From positions 17,980,001 to 18,044,000 of the forward strand of contig CP158635.1 in assembly GCA_050273025.1 (NCBI GenBank): 64,000 nt of DNA. Reading direction: 5' to 3'. Under the pieces are notes generated by a model. That model searched no databases and was not told the DNA's origin. It saw only the letters and a program-made list of their open reading frames with translations. The DNA is from Cenococcum geophilum (lineage: Eukaryota). Shown piece after piece: positions 14,671 to 26,998 of the stretch (positions are counted from its first letter, which is position 1; the number at the start of each line of letters is the position of its first letter). The position numbers were made by a program, and so were the translations under genes.

Positions 14671-17600
14671 ATGGTAGAACCTGCTCTAATTAAGTGTAGT
14701 AAGTGCTGTTTAATACAACCCCGTATTAATTTTATTAAAAACGGCCCATCTACTAAGCTTTTAAAGTAATGTTAATTGTGTTGGTTAAAGGCGCGTTTTC
14801 CCTGTATATTTTTTCTACTTTTACTTACTTTCCTAGGGCTCTAAATATGATTTAAATAGGCGGAAAGCAGAGCTTGGTTCTATTAAGACTCGTCCTATAA
14901 AGCGCTAGTAAAATGCTTTACCTAAAACCGATACTGAGGACGTCTTCTTACCTCGCGGCTAGAACAGTTAAGATACCCCTGAAATAGCTTAATGGCGGAA
15001 GACAATTAGGGTAATATAACGGGAGCACTGCATTCTTAATCGGCGGGGTAAAGCTTACTCGCCTACTCCTCCGCTATATACTACAGATAAAGCTCCATAC
15101 AGTAGAAGAAGCACCCTAGATGGCCTAAATACGTCCTTGCCGGAACTAGCTCCTATGCCTGCTTTACCGCTAATACCTACCCTACCACTAATACCACCTT
15201 TCTCGCGGTAAGCTCTGACTACGGCTACATTACTACCCGTTTCGGCTGTTAATTGGGAGCGAATTAAGAAGTTTAGGAGTATACTATAGGCTAAATGTAT
15301 GAAGACGTGTAGTTGTTGTAAGGAGCGGTGGTTCTAAATGGGCCTAGCTACGGAGGGTAACAATATAGGTATATGCAAAGCCTGTATTAAGGACGCCGAT
15401 AGCCTTAAATATCCAACCCTTCCTCCCCTGTTTGGTGAAAGTAACGGGCTCGATCCGGGGCCTGTTTCTGGCTTCCTACCTATACTTACCGCGGTGGAGG
15501 AGCTTCTGATTGCGCGCGTATACGTTTATCTGCAAGTCGTGCGTGTACGCGGCCAGTAACATCGCTATACTGGCTATGTCTGCTGCTTTGGCTAGAACAC
15601 ACTAAAGACTTAGAGGCAGCTACTACGGCTACCTACTGAACTCGATATACTGGTTGTGAGGCCTGCGGCAGTAGAGGGTAGCGAATACCTAGGTTAGCGG
15701 TTTACTAAGCGGTATACTATAAGGCGCTCTGCTATAGCATAGTGGCTTTACTTTCTAAAGGCCAATTATCCTAATTATCGCGACGTTAAAATATGTAGCA
15801 CTCGGCTTACCAGCTTACCCGAAAATGGCTCTATATTAGATTAGCTACCTTATATTAACGAGTTAGAGTCTAATTCTAGTGGCCTAACGGCTTACCCTAC
15901 TACTCCTATGCAACGTCCTTCTGCTATTAATCCTCTGCCTACCGAGCTTAGCAGTAATATACTAGACGGTGAATTTAATGACGATGTACTGGATACTTTG
16001 GTTCCTGATTTAGTACCTAACCTTAATGAATTGGAGCTTTTAGGTCGCGAGGTTTAATACTAATAAGACCTACGAGCGGGCCTAGAGGTTCCCACTGTGC
16101 AATAGATACCTCTCTCTGAGCGATTAGCTAGCTTTATTATGCGCGGCGCCTTTCTTACTCTGTTTCCTTATAGTAAAGCTAATTTTAACATGCTACGAAG
16201 CCGTACAGTTACCCTGGCTGCGTACGCCAAGCATATGCTTAAGTATTAGGACGGTTGGTTTGGCCGCCACCCCTTATTTCGCTACTATGTGTTTAATCGG
16301 ATTATAAGAGAGTAAGCCCTTAACGCCACCCGCTTCCTTTGCGGCCGATTAAATAAGAATGGTCTATCTTTAGATAAGCTTAGTAATCTTATAAATAGTA
16401 ATAGGGGTAGCTAGTTGCTGAATAAGATTGTACGGCATATACGGAACCTTAAGGGCACTAGACCTTACTGGAGGTAGAAGAGAAATGAGCTTATAGCTTA
16501 TGCTAAGAATATTAAGAGCGGGTCTCTATTCTTTACACTTAGCGCTACTAATCTATATTGGTATGATCTACACTCTTATATACCTCTATTTAACGAATAT
16601 AAGGCTGCTAATAAGGCTTAGCGCTACCGGATTGCTTTTTAAAATCTTAACGATAATCCGCATATTACTGCTTACTGGCTGCATCGCTGCTTTAATCTGT
16701 TTAGGAAGCACGTACTTATAGGCCTATTTAATAGTACTGACTTTTGGTCTTAATATGAGTGGTAGGTATAAGGTAGCGGCTATATATATGGCTTTTTATA
16801 GAGTTTAACAGCCCTAAGGCCAGATTTATTAGCTAGTGACTTAAGGGCGGCTTTTGCTGAGTACTGGGCTACTTTTATATCCGTAATTAATCCTAATTAA
16901 TCTAGGCCTCCCGATCTCCAATATCCTTTTGCTCTTAGCTATGAAGAACAGCTTAATACTAGTGAGCTTTTTACTGCCTGCCTTAATTAATTTTAACGGT
17001 ACCGTAATTGCACCGAATCTTACTGCTTAAGATTGAAGAAAGGCTCCACTGGAGTAAAGGAGTGCCGCTTCTATTTTCCACGCTTTCTCCGTAATAAGGC
17101 CGCTGTATTAAAGGATTAAAATCCATATTACTGGACGTTCTGTCCATAGCGTAATAATAAGCTTCTTAATAGTTATAATGCAGCTATAATATTAGCGTGG
17201 ATGGCGAATATTAATACGTTACCTGCTATGAGTATATTAGTAATAGTTAACTATATAGGCAAATATTATAGCAAGGAAGAGAAGAAGTTAACTTCCTACT
17301 AGGAGTTACTCTAATTAGTACAGCCGCACGCCAATAGCCTTTATGCCTTTAGTTCGGTTGTGGCCAGGTTTATAAATAAGCTTATTGCTAAATGTAATTG
17401 GTTAGCGTAGGAGGTATGCTATTTACTTCTTAATATTCCCCTTTGCGAAGGCTCTAGGAATATAGTAACTTTAAACTGCCACTAGGAGGACGATTAAAGC
17501 GCTATGTATAAGCTTAATAATGGGCAACTAAGAGGGTGCGGACTGTCTAACTATAAGAAATATAAGCGCCGCCTAGATGGGGTAGAGGACGTTACTTTCC

Positions 17601-19608
17601 TTAATTTTCTACTCTATTTTAATTACTCTACTTATAAGCGTCGGCTAAGAGTAAGGCCTTAAGTTATATCGTACTTTCCGCGATATAACGGCGATTGTTC
17701 CTATCTATAGTATCCTAAGTTCTGCCGTGTAAAGCTTATTCTTTATCACCCGTAGAAGGAGTATAAGGAAGTAGCTACTTATACTAATGGATTTGGGGCC
17801 CCTAATTATATGGCTTCCTATTAGGCTTGTGTTAACTCTTATTAGCACCCGCCTAACTACTTCTATAATTAGAAACTAGAGGAAGGCCGCGAAACTACTA
17901 ATGATATTAATAAGTTTAATGGCGGTTTTATAGATGACTTAGAGCTATACTAGTCCTTTAAGGCCCTGCATGCCCGCGTTTAAAATACTAACGGAGTTAA
18001 AATTAAGGATCCTAATAGGCTTGGTGATAGGGAGCTTAATTATAACTACAACTAGAGTACACATTAGGGTACATACCCGCAGCTTAATAAGAGGACTTAT
18101 TGGTAGGAAGCATGGCTATAGTCTCTACTATAGAGCCGCCTATTTTAAACAGCAACTCCGTCCTCCTTATAACTAGGTCAGCGTTATATTTATAATATTA
18201 TAGTTAATTACTATAGGCAGATCTAAGCGGGCCTTAGCCCCCCCCTACTGCGGATTAATGTTAATGGAGAGGCAGGAACCGGTAAATTATATCTTATTGC
18301 TGTCCTCTCTACTACGCTCTGTAATATAGTAAGGGCTAATAGCAAGCTAATGCTATTGGCTCAAGCGGCCCCTACTAGGGTAGCTGCCTTTAATATTAAC
18401 GGCAGAACTATATACGATCTATTAAGGTTGCCAGTAAATCGCCCGTTTAAGGAATTGCCTACTACTAGTCTTACGCCTCTATAGCAAGCTTTTAAGAATA
18501 TTTACTATCTCGTCCTTAACAAGAAATCTATGATCGGGCAAGTATATCTAGCTTAGATTAATCGCCGCCTCTATTAGATCTACCTTATATATAACAACGA
18601 CTACTTTAAAGGCTTAAATATTTTCCTAGTAGGCGATTTCTATTAGCTTCCCCCTATAGGTTAGGCGGCCTTATACAGCAATCTACCCGCTAGGCCGTTA
18701 GAGTTCGCCAGCTATAGAAAGGGAGCCTATAAGGCGATTGACCGAATAGCTGTCCTAGATTAAGTTATGCGGCAGGGCGGTAATAACGCTAAGAGCTCTA
18801 TATTTAGGACAGCCCTTATAGAGCTATATAGTGATTCTGTAAGTGATTTAACCTAGAAGCTTCTTTTAACTAGGTGTAAGCAGGGCCTATCCACCAATGA
18901 GGTTGCGAGCTTCGATAACGTAATTCGGCTATATAGCACGCGCGCTGCTATAGGTAAGTATAACACTATTCGGCTTCGCGACCTTTTACAGCTAGTGGTG
19001 GTTATTAAGTTAGTTAACACTGGTGTAGGTGCGCGGAAAGTTACTCCTAATTAGTGCGATACTATAGAGAATCTAGCCCTATGTATTGGCGCGAAAGTAA
19101 TGCTAATATAGAATATCTGGGTTGAACTAGGCTTAGTAAACGGTACTACTAGTATAGTTAAAGATATTGTATGGAAGGGACACGCGGATATTAAAAAGGA
19201 TTAGCCTTAATTACTACTAATTGCGGTAGATGGGTACAACGGACCTGCCCTATTTACTTAGTAGGATGGTAAGAAAGTCGTTCTTATATTTTCTATGCTT
19301 TATAAGTGGGAGGGTATAAGAGGCTCTTGCTTATAGCATTAATTTCTAATTACTCTGGCTTTTACTCTTACCGTATATAAAAGCTAGGGCCTAATACTTA
19401 ACCGGGTGGTTCTAGATGTTAAGGAAAAGGATAAGACAGCCGGGCTAACCTATGTAGCAATCTCACGAGTTAAGAAGCTTTTAGGGCTTATGTTCGAATG
19501 TGGGTTTAATATAGAACGATTTTAGTTATCTACAAGTAAGACTAAAGAGGCACGATAAGAAGATTTTATATAGAGGCAGTAGCAACTACTTGTAAACGAC
19601 TTTTCCTA
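14671..19608 (+). pseudogene. Helitron Rep/PIF1-helicase gene, RIP-inactivated
   Basis: LTAVEELLIARVYVYLQVVRVRGQ (DUF6570-like), HUH relic EW*V*GSGYIYG (~16757), YIGKYYSK (~17252), Walker A GEAGTGK (~18266), AAPTRVAAFNINGRTI, LVGDFY*LPP and TVYKS*GLIL. Element termini not resolved. Confidence 0.93.
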
Positions 19609-20211
19609 AATAGGAAATTATATACTGGCTCGGAGGTAAGTGGAGAATACGGCATTTATCTTAGTTTTTTAATTTTTAAACAGCTTAACCGCGAAATCCA
19701 ATTTTCTAAATTTCAACCCCCCTATCCGTCCTACCTTCTTACCGCTTTTGGAGCTGTTAGATATACATATAATAGTATATAGGGAGAATTAGCAGTCTTG
19801 CCGGATTAATATTACTGCTGTCTATAGCGTTGATTAATTTTTAGAATTTTTTAAGTTTTTTTTAAAGGGCGGAAATGTCGCTTATATAAGGAGTTACGTG
19901 ACCTCCGAGAATACATGCTACTTGGGACTGCATATTAGCAGCCACGACTTCTCTACCCTATAGTTAAGATTTTATATATACCGCACCTAGAGCTGCTTAC
20001 AATAACTATTACCTATAGATCTGCCGATTTATAAATTAAAAATTAGACGTAGTTAGAGCTGTTAGTAAGGGTTATTAATTACGCTCCCCGTAATAAAATT
20101 TTGGATTTTGGTGATCTAAACTAATGAATTAAATTAACGTCCAAATAAGGTTCTGCTAAGACGCTAGCTGGACCCTAACCTAGACCCTTCCTGACCTATT
20201 AAATTCTAAAA

Positions 20212-20590
20212 ATGACGACCCCTACTGAATTAAAAATTAACCTTATCCTTAATAAGCCATCCGATTAGATTTAATGGTTCTTTATTATTTAAGACATAGC
20301 TAAAACTAACGAGGTATAGTAGTATATCGACCTATCTAAGAAGAAAGACGATCTTCCAAATCTTCTAAAGCTAGAACTACTAAGTCGGCCTATACTAAGG
20401 GATATACTACCTATAGCTATATTAATAGCAAAGCTAGACCTAAACTAGCTCACTACCTATAACTAGCTCTATGCCGAATATAAGGACAATCTACGCGTAC
20501 ACTAGAAGCAAAAACAGGCCATAAACGATATTAATAACTACATCGTTCGCACTATATCGGTAGCCTACCTTCCACTTATCGACAGCCTCA
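20212..20590 (+). pseudogene. Truncated Copia-type gag N-terminus
   Basis: MTTPTELKINLILNKPSD*I*WFFII*DIAKTNEV**YIDLSK restores to IL.KPSDWIQW...VWQYIDP, typical of fungal Copia gag starts. Ends abruptly. Confidence 0.6.
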
Positions 20591-21108
20591 GTAGTCGGTT
20601 ACATTAAATATTTAAGGCGTCTCTACCACTGCAGTAGCTACTGCAGTAATAGAGACACCCTATATTTTGGTAAGTAATTAAGCCCATCTTGTACGAGAAT
20701 CTTATACTATTAGTACTTACTAAATTACGTGCTCGTAGGGCCTCCTCCCATCTATAAATACTCCTTCTACACCTTCCTCTCTTCCTTTCTTCTTCCTTAT
20801 AAGAGCTGGCGGTGCTCTAATACTCCTCCTTAGTCCCCACTAAGGGACCTATTGGTTAACGTGGCGATATAGACAGTATCGGACGAGGAGACAGGCGAGA
20901 GAGAAGATAGGAAGGACGGAGGAGCCTCTGGTAGGTGTTAGTCGAGTAATGTTAATGGCTATATTATGGCTGCCTAACCTCCTGTGCTTATAGGCCTCCT
21001 CCCGTCTATAAATACTCCCTCCTTTACACCTTCCTTTCTTCTTTTCTTCTTCCTTATAAGAGCTGGAGGTGCTCCAATACTCCTCCTTAGTCCCTACTAA
21101 GGGACCTA

Positions 21109-23187
21109 ACGTGACTCACCCCCAAGCGAGACAACCCCCCCAACGAGACATATGCACCCAAATACATTTATATTAATAATTAAGCCAACAACGCCTATAT
21201 TTAAAAACCAAATAGCCCAAATTGAAGCGAATACGCTTCTTATTACAGAAGAAAACGGCTTGGAAGTTTCCGGGTACGTTGTGGGCGTGATATTGCACCT
21301 GGCGTTGGCCAATTAGATGGCTTACCACCACACTCTTCTGAAGCTCCTTTCCAGATTAGCTTATCACCAAAGTCCTCCACAGGCTGAGCATTACACCAAA
21401 AGACGTGCGCAAAGGCTGCCCAGTCTTGATTACGTTCGCCAGGGTTTAATACTGATCTAGTATACAAAGCAACGCTAAGCTCTGGTAGAGAGGTCCCTTC
21501 CTCATACTCCTTTTGAGCTAACTTTTGGGCGGCGAGCTCTTGTTTTTCTAGGTCCTCTGCCTTTAATCTATCGACGTCTTCCTGGGTAAGGACTCTGCCC
21601 TTGCTAAGGAGTCTCCTACTACTTTTCTTATCCATTTTGAATGCTTGAAACTTCTTATTCTCTTCTCTCTGTATATGCGCATCAGTCGCAAAGCCTATAG
21701 CAGCTTTAAATAGCTTTTCAAGACGTCGTTGAATGGGGGATTCAAGCATACCGTCTAGTCGCTCGGTAGTTAATTCGGCAATCTGATTTCGTAGAGACTA
21801 AAGGTCCTCTACCGTTTTAGGTGTCCTTGGCGTTTGAGGATTTATATTCGTAATTAATTGTAGGCTTGCGGGGGGCTCTACATGTGGTAGGGTCTTCAAA
21901 ACAGCCGTAGGATTGTATGGTAGAAGACCTGTAGCTTTCCAGGCGTTGCAAATCGTCTCATGGGTGAACGCCTTTGTACGCGCCGTTGGGTAGAGCTTCA
22001 TAAAATACTCTTTGTTCACCCCTGTATGGCCATATCGACAGAAGTTGTCTACTTCTTCGCCGTAGTAGTGTTGAAGAGGTCCAAAACAGCCTACATCTAG
22101 TGGCTGAAGCTTATGCGTTGAATGAGGCGGGAGAGCTACTAGGACGATCTTGCGCGATAGTGCATACTGGATGAACTGCCAGGTAAGATGGCTCGAATGA
22201 TTATCCATTAGAAGCATACGGTAGCTTCAAATATTACCCTCAGCGTCCTCCACAAGCTGTCTCGTATATTTATCGTAGTGTTCGATGTAATGTAGGCCTA
22301 ACGAGTCGTCCGTCCAGCCATTAGTTGAGGTCGCATAGGCATATCCGCGAAGGCGCTCATCGTGCTCAGTAATTTAATACCAGGTCTCCTGGTGTTGCTG
22401 CCCCTTCCAAATTAAGAACGGAGGTAGGTAAGAGCCATCGGCGGTAATTGTCTCTATAATAGAGACTGACTCTCGAGATCCTGGTTGTCGAACAGTCCGA
22501 TTCTTTGACCTCTCCCTACTATTCTTGCCAGAGACGATTATTCGAGCCGTTGCTGCTTGGCCTAGCATAACCCCTTTCTCGTCAAAGTTGGCTATAAATT
22601 TTGAGTGCTTGATTGAATATTTGTTTCGTACGCTTCGAAAGAACTTAAACCAATCGTAGATAATGATTGGATCATCATTCCAGGCCCTCTGGCAATCTAA
22701 TTGACGACTTATAATAGTATAGAGCCCGTGGCGTTGTATAAATTTCACCCCCCAGTGTTTGCCTATTACCCTGCCTTCTGCCAAGAACGAGCTCGCCATC
22801 GCAGGAAGCATATTAACCTTTATCGCAAGGCCCCAGGACTGACATTCGTGTATCCATTTGACAATTTGATCCTCCTGATAAGGATGCAGTAGCGTTTTAT
22901 GAGCTAGGTGTCGAGGGAGACGCCCAGCAAGACGATGCGCAACGGTAGAATGGGGTAATGCGCGAACGCTGGAGGCTTTGCGAATTGATGGCTCAACGCC
23001 TGATTCGACGTCTTGTATAGCTTTTTGTATAGAGACTTCAGCTTCACGAGAACTTAATTGGGGAAGGGACATGTTGATTTGTACAAGGAATTTCGGGTTT
23101 GGGTGTAATTTGGGAGGGAAGAAGAAGAGCGCGTACGAACGCGCATGTCTCGTTGGGGGGGTTGTCTCGCTTGGGGGTGAGTCACGT
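21109..23187 (-). mobile_element. Full-length pogo/Fot1 (Tc1/mariner) DNA transposon, 2079 bp
   Basis: Perfect 43-bp TIRs ACGTGACTCACCCCCAAGCGAGACAACCCCCCCAACGAGACAT. TA duplicated at 21107-21108 and 23188-23189. Confidence 0.97.
21243..23072 (-). pseudogene. pogo/Fot1 DDE transposase (HTH_psq/CENP-B HTH + DDE_1) with three in-frame stops
   Basis: ORFs 22374-23072, 21798-22217 and 21243-21749 share one frame. Motifs NFDEKG, NGWTD, LLMDNHSSH and LPPHSTHKLQPLDVGCFGPL. The stops TAA, TGA and TAG are each one C>T from a sense codon. Confidence 0.93.
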
Positions 23188-25405
23188 TATTAGTTGATGT
23201 GGTGATATAGACAGTATTGGACGAGGAGACGGGCGAGAGAGAAGATAGAAAGGACGGAGGAGCCTTTGGTAGGTGTTAGTCGAGTAACGTTAATGGCTAT
23301 ATTATGGCTGCCTAATCTCCTATACTTATAGGCCTCCTCCCGTCTATAAATACTCCCTCCTTTATACCTTCCTTTCTTCTTTTCTTCTTCCTTATAAGAG
23401 CTAGAGGTGCTCTAATACTCCTTAGTCCCCACTAAGGGATTTATTAGTTAACGTGGTGATATAGATAGTATTGGACGAGGAGACGGGCGAGAGAGAAGAT
23501 AGGAAGGACGGAGGAACCTTTAGTAGGTGTTAGTCGAGTAATATTAATAGCTAGTTTTCGTCACCCAAAAATTGCGTTATGTGATGATATTTGGGAACGC
23601 AAATATATACCCTGTCCTATACTTATACTACTACTAAATATTTTAGATTTTGTATTTGGAGCTGCTTGCAATAGGCATTCCTAAGAGATCTGCCGGTTTA
23701 AAGCTCTACAATTAAATGTTGTTGACGTTTTATATAGGGGTCGTTGATTAAGCTCCTAGGATATGATTTTTAAAGTTTAACACCACACTAATATTATGAC
23801 CTTCTTGTAGTGGCTGAGCCACCCCTAATCTCCTCCCCTCCCTTTTCTCCCTCCCATTACTTGGCGCCAAGCTATTGTGTCGTTGCTAAGCCATCATGTT
23901 GTTGTACGTCCGAACTGGGTGGGTAATGACGTAGTTAATAGTTATTAGGTATTAAAAATATTTAGTATATAAAGCTTTAAATTGGAATTACAATCTACTA
24001 TATTATATCCTACGTAGAGGGCTCTGCATTAAAGCTCTGCAGTCTAAATATGTGCTATATTCGTGACTAATATATTCTTTAGGCCCGGCTCAAGTAGGGC
24101 GCCTCGGTTACTGTAGTAGATCCTTACCTAGTAGTAACTAAGGCGCCTTAATCTTACTACTACTTCTAAATTAAGCAAAAGCTCTATATAGGGGGGTCCT
24201 AGGGGGTCTCCCCCTGGAAAACCTTATCTCTATATATATTAATTAAAGTTTATATAATAAAGCTCTAAATTAAAGCTTTGGGTTAATTAATTGGCTTATT
24301 ATACTTGGGTTAAAATTTGCGTTGGGGGACTAACGTTCCGCATGTTATAGATTACCTCACGTGACTTCGGTTACCATTTCTCGTCACATGGTTCTATCGG
24401 CTCCATCCTAGTCCGTGCCTAAATCAACCAACTAGCTTCTTCCGACTCTTCCCCAAGTAGTCGTAACATCGTACTTAAAGCGTCCGTAACAGCAACGTGA
24501 TAGTTGTCACGGTACTGATCTGCACAGTACTAACAGCTGTACGATACTGTTTCCTACAGTATCGTACCCGGCCTACGGCCACGCCATTAACCGTTATCGA
24601 CGGCTACCAGTCATGGCAGAACTGCAAATAATAGGTCACGTGCTGACGCAGAGGCCTCGCGCTAAACGCACTGGCCTCTCCCCTTATTTCTTAACCGCGC
24701 GCTACGCGATACCTCTCTTCTTTACGCAACGTCTTAATATATCACTTGATACCGTATATAGCAACAATTGAATACTTCTATAGAAGTTCTTTAACCCTCG
24801 CTAGTAGCATCCGTGATAACAGTAAGATTTGTTGGTGTCGCAGGCCAGGTATTATCTTCACGAGCCTGAGGAAACAACTGTATTAAGTTAGTAATCTAAC
24901 TGTACACCTGCGGGCCGAAGTGTCCCAGATCTTAAATAAGAACAACGAAAAACAACGCTGCTGCTTGCCAAAAATTCATCTGACTTTTTGTCATTTCAGC
25001 ACGCCCAGTGCGACACTAAGCTTACACCCAAATAGGTTAGCCAATCTTGGCATATTATATCAGCAAAATCTTGCTCGGCTTAACGTCGGCTCAACTCTAC
25101 TCAGCTTTACACTGCCACTGCTTATGCGTCTGTCCACATCAGCAGCACCTGGGCAGGTGCTCAAACTTCAACCTGAAGGTACCTACCTAAGAACGCTCAA
25201 CCTTCCAAGGTCACCAGCACTGCCGGTCAGCATGCGGTGTCATATAATTTTGTACAATGCACCCTGAAATATCCTAGTTGCTGCATTCCTCATGGAAGCA
25301 CATCCCGCCCGCCACTCAAATGACTGCAAATTCAACACTGCTGACCTCCTTTCTCCATAGCCATTCCGAACACCAAACCCCGAAATAGTCTCTTCCAGTC
25401 TCAAC

Positions 25406-26583
25406 ATGGCCGCTCTCGCCGGTGCTCTCGGTTCTGTTATCGGTTACCTGGGCGCTGAAGTCGCCGAAACTCTCATCTTCGAGCGTCTCTTCTTCCCCGC
25501 CCGCTTTTACAATGATCTCACACCGCTTGTCCTGATCAAGCTCGTCCTGCTCTTCCCCATGGGCGGCCCGCTCCACCGTGCCGCGCTCTCGGTGCTCGAC
25601 ACTTTCCGCTCCCACGATCTCTATGCCGGTCGCCAGCGCGGCACCATGCTCGGCACCGCCTTCTTTGCTGACAGTGGCCTCAAGTACTGCGAATCGTCGC
25701 AAGGCCGGGCCGGGCCGAAAAAGGATACCCGCAATGCTATGTGGATGCGGGTTATGCAAGCAGTTCGGCGGCGAGGTGACGGCGCGGCGCGGAGAGCAAT
25801 GCAACCAGTGTACCAGCTGGGTCTGCGAGCCGGGTCTGTGCCGCGGCGTGTACGTGCAGTGCGCGAGGACTGCTTGACATGGCGGACAGTCGTGGGGATC
25901 TTTTGTAGTGAGCTTACGGCAGTGGCAGTGGCGCTGATCGCCGGACTCTACATCCACGTTCCATGGCTCGCTGGCTTCGTCATGGTACCGTTGGTGCTGA
26001 AGTTGCTAGCTGCGATCGTGGCAGTGAAACGTGAACACCTGAGACCAATATCAGAGAAAGATATCCCCACTCAGGAAAAGATTTTTGAGATCGATGACCT
26101 GGTTAGGGGATTCTTCATTATTAAAGGCTCCGAGGAGGCGGTATGTATTTGTTTGAATCCTTGCCTAAACATTATGGCTAATAGCACCCACAGGTTCTTC
26201 AATTCTTCCGTCACTACGCTCATCCGCTGCGGGATACCAGGTGGCGTGAGATCATTTCAATCGGAATTGCATACCTATTTGTCCTCTACTTTCCCGCGGG
26301 ATTACTAGCCTTGCTGTGGATGGATCAAGAGGCACAATACCTGTGGCTGAGCTACCAAATATACATTATAATCGCGATGCACTTGATAAGAGTGTGTGGA
26401 TTCAACGGGTGCGGTAGCACAGAAGAACGACTGGCTAGGTATTTAGAAATTGGCGAAGAGGTGTGGTTGAGTGATTCAACTGGGAATGGGGTTGCTGCCA
26501 CACTGGTGGTAGAGGAGGTAGAGAGTGTCAAGGTGGCAAGGGAGAAAGTAGATAGTATCTTCGCTACTTTGGAGGAGTGTTGA
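25406..26583 (+). CDS. Fungal hypothetical multi-pass membrane protein, 374 aa (exons 25406-26140, 26194-26583)
   Basis: A 53-bp intron GTATGT...GCTAAT...CAG (26141-26193) joins ORF 25406 in frame to VLQFFRHYAHP...LLWMDQ of ORF 26311. Several hydrophobic segments, GC-rich coding, no RIP stops. Confidence 0.88.
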
Positions 26584-26998
26584 GCTCTGCCTCGTCTGTA
26601 TCCAAGTTGTCCCTCTACCTCGTCTTGAACGATGAATACTCAGGACTTCCGGGGTAAAATGACATTCCAATCTAGATACTATCTCGAATCAGCTACAACT
26701 AACCCTATACCGACACTAACAAGTATCTAACAGTCCTGATCACAGTTGATGGCGATTAGGAATAAAAGTTATCACAATGAGATATGGAGCCACCTATTGC
26801 CAAGGCCCTACGTCGTAGCCCTGTCAGCCACTATTGGCATCCAAATGAGCTGAAGCCACCCCTGAATTTGAATCACAGATCTCGCTGTTCGGCTTCTCAC
26901 GCTTCGTTCTCGGCTTCAATTTTGGATATACCTAAACAACAACTTGAAGACAACCGAATAATCATAGGATCGACCATCTGTTGGTCCCTACGTGCAAC

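Larger units (their letters stand above)
20739..23553. repeat. Three tandem ~254-bp units; unit 2 interrupted by a pogo element
   Basis: Units start GGCCTCCTCCC(A/G)TCTATAAATACTCC at 20739, 20993 and 23331. Each contains GGACGAGGAGAC(A/G)GGCGAGAGAGAAGATAG. Confidence 0.9.

Noticed and set aside
20739..23553. CRISPR-like or rDNA/tRNA interpretation of the repeats
   Set aside because: Eukaryotic context, no repeat-spacer structure and no recognisable RNA gene.
24920..25267. 115-aa ORF upstream of the membrane gene
   Set aside because: GTG start and no recognisable features; likely promoter DNA.
26141..26308. C-terminal 55 aa of the 300-aa ORF, and the separate 90-aa ORF at 26311
   Set aside because: Explained by read-through of a 53-bp intron; they form one spliced gene.
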